Shown: positions 9,090-17,777 of the stretch, piece after piece | Position numbering within the stretch: position 1 is the stretch's first letter | Layout of the letters: each line of letters starts with the position of its first letter | The notes under the pieces: model-generated | What the model was told of the DNA's origin: nothing | The model's database searches: none | What the model saw: only the letters and a program-made list of their open reading frames with translations | Translations under genes and position numbers: made by a program | Assembly: GCA_963771175.1 (NCBI GenBank) | Contig: CAVYSY010000033.1 | Location: 352,001 to 416,000, forward strand | Direction of reading: 5' to 3' | Source of the DNA: an uncultured delta proteobacterium | GTDB taxonomy: Bacteria; Myxococcota; Myxococcia; Myxococcales; Myxococcaceae | Length of the DNA stretch: 64,000 bases

Positions 9090-11099
9090 CTAGGGCGAGT
9101 CCGCCCCCACGCGCAACGTGAGGCGCTCGCGCAGACGCGTGGGCTTGCCCGGAGTGACCTCCACGGTCCAGCGCTCGGCCTCATACCCTGGCGCCCTCGC
9201 CATCACGTGCCACACGCCCGGCGTGGGTTTCGGGTCCGTATAGGGGCTGGGAACCTTGCGCTGCCGCCCTTTGGGGTCCGTCAGCTCCAACGTGGTGCGG
9301 CGCGCCGGCCGTACCTCGATGACGAGGCTCTCGTCTCGCGCCACGGAGCGCTCGGCGCGGGTCGGCTGGGCGACGGGCGAGTCTCCTGGCCGTGGCACCG
9401 GGGCTGCCGCCTCCTTCTGCTTCGGCGCGGGCGGCTCCGGCGCGGGCTGCTCCGGCTGCTGCTTCGGCGCGGGTTGGCTCGGGGGCTCCGTGTGGCCTGC
9501 CCGCAGCCCCAGACCCAGCATCACCGCCATCCCCGCGAGCGCGAAGAGCAGGGCCAACAGCCACGCCCTGCGCGCCGAACGGGGCTGAGCGTCCGCCTGC
9601 CCCGGCTGCGGAGCGGGCTTCGCCGGCACGGAGCGCGCACGAGCCGGGGCGGGCGCACTCTTCTCGATGGGCGCAGGGGGAGCCGGCTCGGGGAGCTGGG
9701 TCGCCAGGGCCGGGGCTTGCCTGGCCTCGACGACGCGCGCGGCAGGTTGCTGAATGGGTTCCGGCTCGGGCTCACGCACGGGAGCAGCCGGCGCCTGCCT
9801 GGCCACCACGACGGGCTCCGGTTCAGGCTCCTGTTCGAGCTCACGCACGGGAACGGCCGGGGGAGCCACCACGACAGGCGCGACGGGCTCCGGCTCGGGT
9901 TCCGGTTCGGGCTGCGTGAAGATAGGAGCGGCCGGAGTCAACGGGGCCGCCGCGACAGGGGCGGCGGGTGTCCTCACTGGGACGGGCTCGGGTCGCCAGC
10001 CTTCCGTGCGCGGGGCCCGCCGCATCGCCTCGACCAGGGCGGAGGAGACCCGCACGGGCTCGGGTTGCTGGAGCGCCGCGACGGGAACGGAAGGTGCGCG
10101 CGGTTCTGAAATCTGGGGACTCTTCGCCACCTGGAAGAGCGATGCCCCCGGAGCAGCGGGGACCTGGGTGGGCGTCGCCTCCCGAGACATGGAGACGGGG
10201 GCGGGCGTCGCCTCCCGAGGCACGGGCGGAGCCGATTGAACGGGAGGCTCGGCCTGCTCGACCGGGGCCTCCGCCACCAGCGCGGCGGCGAACTCCTGGC
10301 ACGAGGCGAAGCGACGCTCCGGGTCCAGGTCCATCGCCCGGTGGATGCTCGCCAGCAGTCGGCGCTCCAGGCCCGGGTGCGCCACCTCGGGCAGCACGTA
10401 CTCGGCCCGGACGACCTTCTCCATGATGTTGAAGTCGCTCTCGCCCTGGAAGCACACGTGCCCGGTGGCCAGCTCGTAGAGGGTGACTCCGAGCGAGAAG
10501 ATGTCCGAGCGCACCGTAACGTCCCGGGCCCCGCGGATCTGCTCCGGGCTCATGTACTGCGGGGTGCCCATGCGAACGCCCGTGCGCGTCGTCGGCCTGC
10601 CCTCGGAGTTGGCCACCTTGGCGATGCCGAAGTCGAGGATGCGCACCACCCGCCGGCCGTGGCTCTGCTCCAGGAAGATGTTCGAGGGCTTGAGGTCCCG
10701 GTGGATGACGCCCTGCGCGTGCGCGAAGCCCACCCCCGCCAGCACATGCAGGAAGATGTCGCGCACCTCGTCCGGAGCCGGAGGCTGCTGTGCCCGGGCA
10801 AGGTACTTGTCGAGCGACTCGCCCTCCAGGTAGTCCATCACCAGGCCCGCGACGCCGGGCGCCGCGACCACGTCCGTGATGCCCAGGATGTTCGGGTGCT
10901 TCAGGCGCGCCTGGATGCGGCCCTCGTCCAGGAAGCGGGCCCGAATCTCCGCGTTCACCACCAGCTCTGGGTCGAGCACCTTGAGCGCATGGACGCTGCC
11001 GAGGGCCACATGGTGCACCTTGTAGACGCGCGCCATCCCGCCGCCCCCCAGCTCGCGCTCCACCTCGTAGCGCTCGACCACGTCACCCGGGCTCAACAT
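9090..11099 (-). CDS. Hanks-type Ser/Thr kinase with Pro-rich linker, TM helix and PEGA-like C-terminus
   Basis: LGGGGMARVY, ALKVL, HRDLKPSN, DFGIAK, GTPQYMSPE; TM AWLLALLFALAGMAVMLGLGL; ARAPGYE. Confidence 0.93.
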   Translation of the reverse strand: MLSPGDVVERYEVERELGGGGMARVYKVHHVALGSVHALKVLDPELVVNAEIRARFLDEGRIQARLKHPNILGITDVVAAPGVAGLVMDYLEGESLDKYLARAQQPPAPDEVRDIFLHVLAGVGFAHAQGVIHRDLKPSNIFLEQSHGRRVVRILDFGIAKVANSEGRPTTRTGVRMGTPQYMSPEQIRGARDVTVRSDIFSLGVTLYELATGHVCFQGESDFNIMEKVVRAEYVLPEVAHPGLERRLLASIHRAMDLDPERRFASCQEFAAALVAEAPVEQAEPPVQSAPPVPREATPAPVSMSREATPTQVPAAPGASLFQVAKSPQISEPRAPSVPVAALQQPEPVRVSSALVEAMRRAPRTEGWRPEPVPVRTPAAPVAAAPLTPAAPIFTQPEPEPEPEPVAPVVVAPPAVPVRELEQEPEPEPVVVARQAPAAPVREPEPEPIQQPAARVVEARQAPALATQLPEPAPPAPIEKSAPAPARARSVPAKPAPQPGQADAQPRSARRAWLLALLFALAGMAVMLGLGLRAGHTEPPSQPAPKQQPEQPAPEPPAPKQKEAAAPVPRPGDSPVAQPTRAERSVARDESLVIEVRPARRTTLELTDPKGRQRKVPSPYTDPKPTPGVWHVMARAPGYEAERWTVEVTPGKPTRLRERLTLRVGADSP

Positions 11100-11126
11100 G
11101 GGACGACTCCACGCCTCCGTTCCCGC

Positions 11127-12575
11127 CTAGAAGAACTCCCAGGAGCCTATCTGTTTCCCGAGCCTGCGCTTGGACGCGATGCGGTAGGCGTCGATGCCCA
11201 GCAGGACGTTCACGACGAACAGGCCGCACATCCCCGTATCCATCGGGCCCACCAGCAGGCAGCACAGCAGGAGGAGGCCGATGCCCTTGAGCACCTGCCC
11301 GTTGTACATCTGACCGACCCCCGGGATGCAGAACAGACCCAGCAGCAGGGCGATCGCGGGCGAGGACGTGGAACCGGGGACGACCGCCTGCGCGGGAGGG
11401 AGCGCGGGACGGGGCGCCCTCGCGGGAGCGGGCGGGGCGCGGGGCGCGAGGAGGTCCGGCGGCGGCTCGCGGTGCTTCACCGCGGGCGGTGCGGCCACTG
11501 GGAGCGCATCGTTCGCCGGAGCCGCCACGGGCACCGGAGGCACCGGGGGCGGCGTGGGCTCCAGACGCGCCGTGTTCATCGCCGGCCTGTTGCCATTCGA
11601 AACGTACGTCGCCGCGAAGGCGGACTCCTGGGCGGGCTCGGATGCGGGCGCGACGTGCCCCACCTGGGTCTTCGCGAAGGAGCGGGACGGCCTCTCAGGC
11701 ACCGCGGGGTTCGCATCGAGCGCCTGCTCCAGGGCCTCGCGGAAGGCGGCGCAGTCCTGGAAGCGCTCGGACGGCTCCACCGCCAGCGCCTTGCGGATGC
11801 AGCCGGCGATGACGGGCGGCAGGTCGCCCACGACACGATCGGGAGGCTCGTAGGTGCCCTCCACGATGCGCTTCATCGTGTCGTACTCGCTCGACGCGTG
11901 GAAGGCGACCTGCCCGGTGGCGGCCTCGTAGAGAATGGCGCCCAGCGCGAAGATGTCGGTGCGCGCATCCACCTCGGCGGCCCCGCGAATCTGCTCCGGA
12001 CTCATGTACAGCAGCGTGCCCATGCGGGCGCCGGCCTGGGTGCGCGCCTTGCCGTCCGCGTTCTCCCCCACCAGCACCTTGGCGATGCCGAAGTCCGTCA
12101 CCTTGGGCTGGAGCCGGCCCCGGCTGTCCTTGCCGATGATGATGTTGTCCGGCTTGAGATCCCTGTGAACGATGTTGTGCCGGTGCGCCTCCTCCACGGC
12201 GTCCAGCACCGGCAGGAAGACCTCCAGGAGCAGCTTGGGCTCCAGTCCCCTGCCCCGGCAGAACTCGCCGAGCGTGGGGCCCTCGATGTAGTCCATCACC
12301 AGCCCCGCCACCGGGGTGGTGACGATCTCCGTCACCTGGACGATGTGGGGATGGCGCAGGTGCGCCTGGATGCGGCCCTCGGCGAGGAAGCGCCCGCGGA
12401 TGTCGTCGCTCCGCGACAGGTCCGCGTTGAGCACCTTCAAGGCGTGCGTGCTGTGCAACCCCAGGTGGCGCACCTGGTACACGGCGGCCATGCCGCCCTG
12501 CCCGAGCAGCCGGACCACCTCGTAGCGACCATCCAGCTGCGTTCCGGGCTGGAGGAGGTTCATGTCACCGCTCAT
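11127..12575 (-). CDS. Hanks-type Ser/Thr kinase with TM2-like C-terminal membrane domain
   Basis: LGQGGMAAVY, HRDLKPDN, DFGIAK, YMSPE; C-terminal IPGVGQMYNGQVLKG followed by hydrophobic helices. Confidence 0.93.
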   Translation of the reverse strand: MSGDMNLLQPGTQLDGRYEVVRLLGQGGMAAVYQVRHLGLHSTHALKVLNADLSRSDDIRGRFLAEGRIQAHLRHPHIVQVTEIVTTPVAGLVMDYIEGPTLGEFCRGRGLEPKLLLEVFLPVLDAVEEAHRHNIVHRDLKPDNIIIGKDSRGRLQPKVTDFGIAKVLVGENADGKARTQAGARMGTLLYMSPEQIRGAAEVDARTDIFALGAILYEAATGQVAFHASSEYDTMKRIVEGTYEPPDRVVGDLPPVIAGCIRKALAVEPSERFQDCAAFREALEQALDANPAVPERPSRSFAKTQVGHVAPASEPAQESAFAATYVSNGNRPAMNTARLEPTPPPVPPVPVAAPANDALPVAAPPAVKHREPPPDLLAPRAPPAPARAPRPALPPAQAVVPGSTSSPAIALLLGLFCIPGVGQMYNGQVLKGIGLLLLCCLLVGPMDTGMCGLFVVNVLLGIDAYRIASKRRLGKQIGSWEFF

Positions 12576-12605
12576 ACGCTCGACCCCACGACTCGATTGC
12601 CTCCA

Positions 12606-15383
12606 CTACCCCAATAGCCCGAGCACACCGGACTTGTCCGGACCGAACCCGAGCACCTCCTGGGGCGTACACTCAGGACACCCGTTGGCGCACTTGCAGT
12701 TGGCCAGGATGGCCCGCACCCACTTGAAGGTGTCGTCGATGAGCGCCAGGTCCAGGGCCTCGGCCACGCCCATGCCTTGGAGGTGCCGGTCCACCACGAC
12801 GATGCCGGCCGGGGCCTCGGGGAACATGCCCGGCCCCACCGGCACCACGTCCATGTCCTCGTCGCTGGAGAGCAGGTGCGCCACCAGCACCCCGTCCGCC
12901 GAGCGCGCCAGGTGGAAGAGGACGTTGGGCGTGGTGGCCGCGGGGAAGAAGACGCCGCGCACGCGGGTGCGGTAACGGCAGCTCACCGCGCCCACGTCCA
13001 CCCGCCCCGGTTTGCCCACCTGGGAGTAGCCGGTGACGCTCTCCACCACCGTCGCGTCCAGGGTACACACCTGGTACACGCACCGCCCCGTGCGCACCGT
13101 CTGGGGAGACTCCACCACGGTGGCGGACTCGAACTGGATTCGGAGCTGCGGCCGGGTGAGGGGCCGGTCGTTGGGCACCGGCTTCACGCGCAGCTCGTTG
13201 CGCTTGGTGTCCAGCGAGTGGAGCGGCACCTCGTAGCGCGTGTCTCCCACGGCGAACACGCGGCCCGGGTAGTAGCGCGTCTCCACGAGCAGCCGGTCCA
13301 CCTCGGTGAGGAGCTGGCCACTGTGCACGTCGAGGATGCGCACCACCTGCTCGCTGACGGTGCGCCGCAGCGGGTTGACGACCTCGGCCAGCACGGGCGG
13401 GACGACGGGGCTGCGCACGGGCTCGCGGCCCTGGGCGAGCCGCACCACGTGCCGCTCGGGGCGGAACTTCGGCCCCAGCACCTGCTCCACTCGCGAGCGG
13501 CCGAAGATGGCGGCCAGGGACTCCACGTCCTGCGTCCCCTCCTGCATGGCGGCCTTGAGGTGGGCCGAGGCCAGCGCCCCGTTGTGGTAGCCCACGAGCG
13601 GGCGCGGCGGCATCAGCATGCCGTTGCGGGCGAGCCCATCCAGGTTGCCGTCCCGGGTGAGGAAGCGCGTCACCGGGTTGTCGGAGAGGCCCCACAACGC
13701 GTCATGGGACTGCCCGTCCGCCAGCGGCACCCGGTGAGGGAGCGCCCGGTACGCGGCCACCAGCCATGCCTCGTCCAGCGAGCCCACCGAGGCCACGCCG
13801 AAGAGGGACACGTCGCGCACGAAGCGCAGCTCGCCGCCCCAGAAGTCCACGGCCTTGAGGTCGAAGGCACCGCTCGGGTCGCCCACGGCGGCGGGCAGCT
13901 TCGCCCCCACCACCGGCTCCAGCGCCCGACGCACCCAGGGAGTGCCGGGCTGGACGCGAAAGCCCTCGGCCACACGCCAGACGCGCACGGGGGCGGCGGC
14001 GCGCGGGGTGAAGGGCACCTCGCGGACGGAGATGCCCGGGAACATCTGCTCCACCAATCCACGCGTGCCCGCGCCGCCCACACCCGTGGCCAGCACGTTC
14101 CACCGCGCTCCGGCGGCCGACAGCGCCAGCTCCAGCCGCCGAAGGGTGAACATGCGGTGCGTGGAGACGAGCGGCGTCCCCCGGTCCACCCGCGACAGCA
14201 CCACCAGCCCCACGGAGCGGGCCCACAGGCGGCCGCAGCCCCCGCGCGTCTCGGCGAGCGCGCGGATGCCTCCGGCGGACAGTTGCTCCACGTCCAGGAA
14301 GACGGCGGCCGGCATGCGGTTGCCCGCGAAGGCCTCGCGCAGCGCCGCCTCGCCGGCCAGCAGCGGCCCCGAGGGCCACGAGCCACTGCGCGAGATGGCC
14401 TCGAGCACCGCGTCACGCAGCGCCTCCGGCTCGTCGCTGATGACGAGGCACGGCAGGCCTTCACGCTGGAGCGCGAGCAGCACGCTGGCGGTGAGGAAGT
14501 GGCGCTCCGTCGGGTCCGGCAGGTCTCCCACCAGCCAGCCCTGTTGCGGCGAGCCCCACGCACTGGCGATCTCCTCCAGCGCCCGAGGCGGAGCCCCGGT
14601 GGCACCGGAGTCCCTCCACGCGGCGGCGCTCCAGGCCGGAGCCGGCTCCGCGTTGCCCGTGCCCTGCGTCGCGAGCAGCGGGCGCGCGTTCGCGTCGAGG
14701 GCCCCCAGCTTCCGCCAGAGCGCCGGGACGTCCGCGCGTACGGGAGCGGGAACCTGAGGCTGGGGGGCCTCCTGCTTCACGGGCGGGGGCGCGAGGCGCT
14801 CGGCGCGCGTCCACACGGCGAGCGCCATGCACAGCATGGGCAGCACGGCGGCCACGTCCAGCAGCATGCGACCCGGGCGGTCCTGCCGCCACGCCCCGTC
14901 CACCACGATGAGGGCCAGCACCGGCACCGCCAGCAGCACCAGCGCCAGCGGGTCCGCGAGAGGGACGCGGAAGGGCGTGCCGAACTTGTGGTTCGCCTCG
15001 CGGAACGCGAGCACCGCCACCCCGAGGAAGAAGGCAGCGGCATGGAGCAGGACCAGCAGCACGACCGCGTCCACGGGGAACCAGGTCATCGAGGTCGCGC
15101 CGCGGGTCAGCGCCTGCTCGAGCCCGGCGAGCCACCCGAGCGGCCCGCCCTGCATGGTGGAACTGGCGGCTTCCACCAGCCGGGTGACGAGCACCAGGGC
15201 CAGGGTGACGAGGACGGCCTTGCCCACGGGAAGGGCGGCACGGCGCCAGCGGGAGTTGGGGCCGGGGCCCACCACCACGGCCGCCAGCGACCAGGCCAGC
15301 ACGGGCGTGACGAGCACGAGGCCCCACACCGCCAGGTACGCGAACGTCGCGAGGACGGCCGGATGCGGGAGTTGCAAGGTCAT
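12606..15383 (-). CDS. Membrane-anchored degenerate SF2 helicase-like protein with C-terminal DUF1998-type Cys cluster
   Basis: About five N-terminal TM helices; YPGRVF segment; VVVDRHLQGMG...CKCANGCPEC; no intact Walker A or DExH; ATGA overlap with the upstream gene. Confidence 0.65.
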   Translation of the reverse strand: MTLQLPHPAVLATFAYLAVWGLVLVTPVLAWSLAAVVVGPGPNSRWRRAALPVGKAVLVTLALVLVTRLVEAASSTMQGGPLGWLAGLEQALTRGATSMTWFPVDAVVLLVLLHAAAFFLGVAVLAFREANHKFGTPFRVPLADPLALVLLAVPVLALIVVDGAWRQDRPGRMLLDVAAVLPMLCMALAVWTRAERLAPPPVKQEAPQPQVPAPVRADVPALWRKLGALDANARPLLATQGTGNAEPAPAWSAAAWRDSGATGAPPRALEEIASAWGSPQQGWLVGDLPDPTERHFLTASVLLALQREGLPCLVISDEPEALRDAVLEAISRSGSWPSGPLLAGEAALREAFAGNRMPAAVFLDVEQLSAGGIRALAETRGGCGRLWARSVGLVVLSRVDRGTPLVSTHRMFTLRRLELALSAAGARWNVLATGVGGAGTRGLVEQMFPGISVREVPFTPRAAAPVRVWRVAEGFRVQPGTPWVRRALEPVVGAKLPAAVGDPSGAFDLKAVDFWGGELRFVRDVSLFGVASVGSLDEAWLVAAYRALPHRVPLADGQSHDALWGLSDNPVTRFLTRDGNLDGLARNGMLMPPRPLVGYHNGALASAHLKAAMQEGTQDVESLAAIFGRSRVEQVLGPKFRPERHVVRLAQGREPVRSPVVPPVLAEVVNPLRRTVSEQVVRILDVHSGQLLTEVDRLLVETRYYPGRVFAVGDTRYEVPLHSLDTKRNELRVKPVPNDRPLTRPQLRIQFESATVVESPQTVRTGRCVYQVCTLDATVVESVTGYSQVGKPGRVDVGAVSCRYRTRVRGVFFPAATTPNVLFHLARSADGVLVAHLLSSDEDMDVVPVGPGMFPEAPAGIVVVDRHLQGMGVAEALDLALIDDTFKWVRAILANCKCANGCPECTPQEVLGFGPDKSGVLGLLG

Positions 15384-17776
15384 CGCACACCTCGCGGGGC
15401 GGCCACGGCCGGCTGCGGGGCGGAGCGAGCCCCCCGAGCAATCTCTTCCACGGAGAGGCCCTCCCAGGTGCGAAGGAAGATGACGCGCGCGGCCTTCGAG
15501 GGAGACCAGAGGACGGGCAGGCGCGAGGGCACGTCCCGCAGGCCGGCGTCGAGCGTCTCGCGCCCCGCCGACGGAGCGATGACAAAGCCCTCGCCGGGAC
15601 GGAGGCCGAGCACCGGGTCTCCATGGGCATTCAACGGCTGGCACGGCGGCGCGAGCACCGCGCCCATCCGCGAGCCGAAGTCCCGCAGCACGTCCGCCGC
15701 CTGCTGGCCACCTTCCTGGTCATCCAGCACGCTGCGCTCGGCGAGGGGCCGCACCTGACGCCGGCTCAGCTCGGCGATGCGCTCGGGGTCGCCGCAGGGC
15801 ACGTCCTCGAGCAGCCCGCCCGAGGGCCAGGCACCTTCGAGGAGGCGGTCGGCCCAGACACGGTCCTCGGAGACCTCACGGCGGGAGGCGATCCACCGGC
15901 TGATGACCTCCGGAGGCACGAGCGAGCCGTGCAGCAGCCCGCCCGCACCGAGCAGCGGTCCGAGGTCGTCCAGCCGGGCCTCGACGGCGGGCGTCACGCC
16001 GAGCGCCGAGAGTTCCTGGCGCTTGCGATCCCTCGCCTCCAGCAGTGCATGGCGCACGGCCTGAAGCCGGGCCACGGCGTTCTCCAGTGCGAGGATGGCA
16101 CCCCGGCGGGCACGCTTGCGGCGAACCACGAGCTGCAGCTCCGCCTGTCGAGCGCGACGCCCTCCCCCACCCCGGCTGACGAGCGACTCCAGCGCATCAC
16201 GCCGGAGCTTCAACACCCGGCGGACCTCCTTCCGGGTGTGGTTGCCGACGAAGTAGAGCCACCCGCCTCCAGCGCCCAGCGCGGCGAGCGTGCCGAGAAT
16301 CCACGGCAGGGCCTCGCGCCAGTCGAAGCCGCTGGGGGTGGGAGTGGCCGTGACCGAGAGCTGGACGCGCGAGGGGCCGCTGCCAGCGGTGGGCACGGCC
16401 GGAGTCATGAGCGACAGCGTCCCGAAGGAGACGCCCAGCAGCACGGCGAGCGAGAGAGCCGCGGCGGCCACCATCGCCAGCCCCTTCGAGGGGAGCTCCA
16501 GCAGGGCGTGCTCCAGCTCCTCGCGGTGCGGGTCCACCGGAGGGCCCGACGGCTGGGAAGGATCCAACCGATGCAGGGCGGCGGCCTCCTGGGCCTGCTC
16601 ATCGTGGAGCTGCGCGATGACACGCTTCAGCCCCTGCTCGACGGCGGGGAGCTGGGACAGGCCCGAAGCGGGCCCGAGCGAGGCGTCGAACACCGCCTGG
16701 ATGCCCTGCTCCACCGAGGCAGCCACCTCGGCCTCGGCGCGGTCGAGCGCGCGGAAGGTCTCGTCGGTGCGGGCCTGATCGACGGTGGTGGGCGCGGCCT
16801 CCACCGAGGCCGGCTTGAAGAGGCCGGAGTGGTTGGCGCGAATCTCCTCGGCGGAGTCGAGGGGACCCACGTGAATCTGAGCGGGCAGGTCCACCGGGGA
16901 GCGGGACAGCTCGGCGGCGAGACGACGGGAGAGCTGCGCGGCCTGCCCCTCGACGAAGGGGGCCAACCAGCGGTCATTCTGGAGCGCGGAGACGGCGCCC
17001 ATGGCCAGGGTCGGGTCGGTCACCGACTGCTGCACGCGCTCCACCAGCACCCCGAGCCCGTCATAGGCGGCACGAGCAGCGGCATAGGTGCGCAGGCGCG
17101 ACTCGGGCAGCTCCACCGAGGCGAGCGAGACGAAGCCGATGAGGCCCTCGTCGCGCGCCGGGTGGGCCATGCGCCGGGACACCTCGTCCTCGGTGCGCAG
17201 CCCCGAGGCCACCATGCCGAGCGCGAAGGAGGCACAGGTGGACACCATCTCCTCGGAGGTGAGGGTGCCCGCGGCCGTCTGCTGGGACACGAGCCAGATG
17301 CGGGCCAGCACGGGGAACACGGGCCGCGCACGCGCCCAGCTCTCCAGGGAGGCCAGCCGCGCGAGGGCCACCGAGGCCCGGGGGTTGGACAGCGCCGGCA
17401 CCTGCACCACGAGGTGCAGCGTGGCGGTGCGCTGCTCCGGCGGCCTGTCCGGAGGGAACATGGCGCCATAGCCCTCGGCCAGCAGGCGCGCCGTCTGCTC
17501 GCACGCGGTGAGCAGGTCCTCGTCGCCGCCCTGCAGCGCGGCGGCGAAGGCGACGACATCCAACCGCTGGTCACGCCGCTCGCCCGAGCCTCGGCCCGCG
17601 CGCAGCAGGTCCTCCAGCAGGGGCTGGAGCCCGGCGGCCACGCCCGAGGGCTCGCAGCGCAGCACGCCGAGCAGCGGCGAGGAGGCCTCCAGCGACTGGA
17701 GCGCGCGGCCGATGACCTCATGGCCGAAGCGCCCCAGCCCGAGGAGGACGGTGGGGTACGAAACGGCGGCGTCCAA
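15380..17776 (-). CDS. Degenerate tubulin/FtsZ-like N-terminal domain protein with coiled coils and two TM helices
   Basis: PTVLLGLGRFGHEV parallels PTLFVGLGGNGGKI of the neighbouring gene; no GGTGSG; central hydrophobic pair. Confidence 0.65.
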   Translation of the reverse strand: MDAAVSYPTVLLGLGRFGHEVIGRALQSLEASSPLLGVLRCEPSGVAAGLQPLLEDLLRAGRGSGERRDQRLDVVAFAAALQGGDEDLLTACEQTARLLAEGYGAMFPPDRPPEQRTATLHLVVQVPALSNPRASVALARLASLESWARARPVFPVLARIWLVSQQTAAGTLTSEEMVSTCASFALGMVASGLRTEDEVSRRMAHPARDEGLIGFVSLASVELPESRLRTYAAARAAYDGLGVLVERVQQSVTDPTLAMGAVSALQNDRWLAPFVEGQAAQLSRRLAAELSRSPVDLPAQIHVGPLDSAEEIRANHSGLFKPASVEAAPTTVDQARTDETFRALDRAEAEVAASVEQGIQAVFDASLGPASGLSQLPAVEQGLKRVIAQLHDEQAQEAAALHRLDPSQPSGPPVDPHREELEHALLELPSKGLAMVAAAALSLAVLLGVSFGTLSLMTPAVPTAGSGPSRVQLSVTATPTPSGFDWREALPWILGTLAALGAGGGWLYFVGNHTRKEVRRVLKLRRDALESLVSRGGGGRRARQAELQLVVRRKRARRGAILALENAVARLQAVRHALLEARDRKRQELSALGVTPAVEARLDDLGPLLGAGGLLHGSLVPPEVISRWIASRREVSEDRVWADRLLEGAWPSGGLLEDVPCGDPERIAELSRRQVRPLAERSVLDDQEGGQQAADVLRDFGSRMGAVLAPPCQPLNAHGDPVLGLRPGEGFVIAPSAGRETLDAGLRDVPSRLPVLWSPSKAARVIFLRTWEGLSVEEIARGARSAPQPAVAAPRGVR

Positions 17777-17777
17777 G

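Noticed and set aside
12606..15383. DISARM or Druantia defence system
   Set aside because: Only a DUF1998-like end is present; no active helicase, DNA methylase or PLD partner is adjacent.
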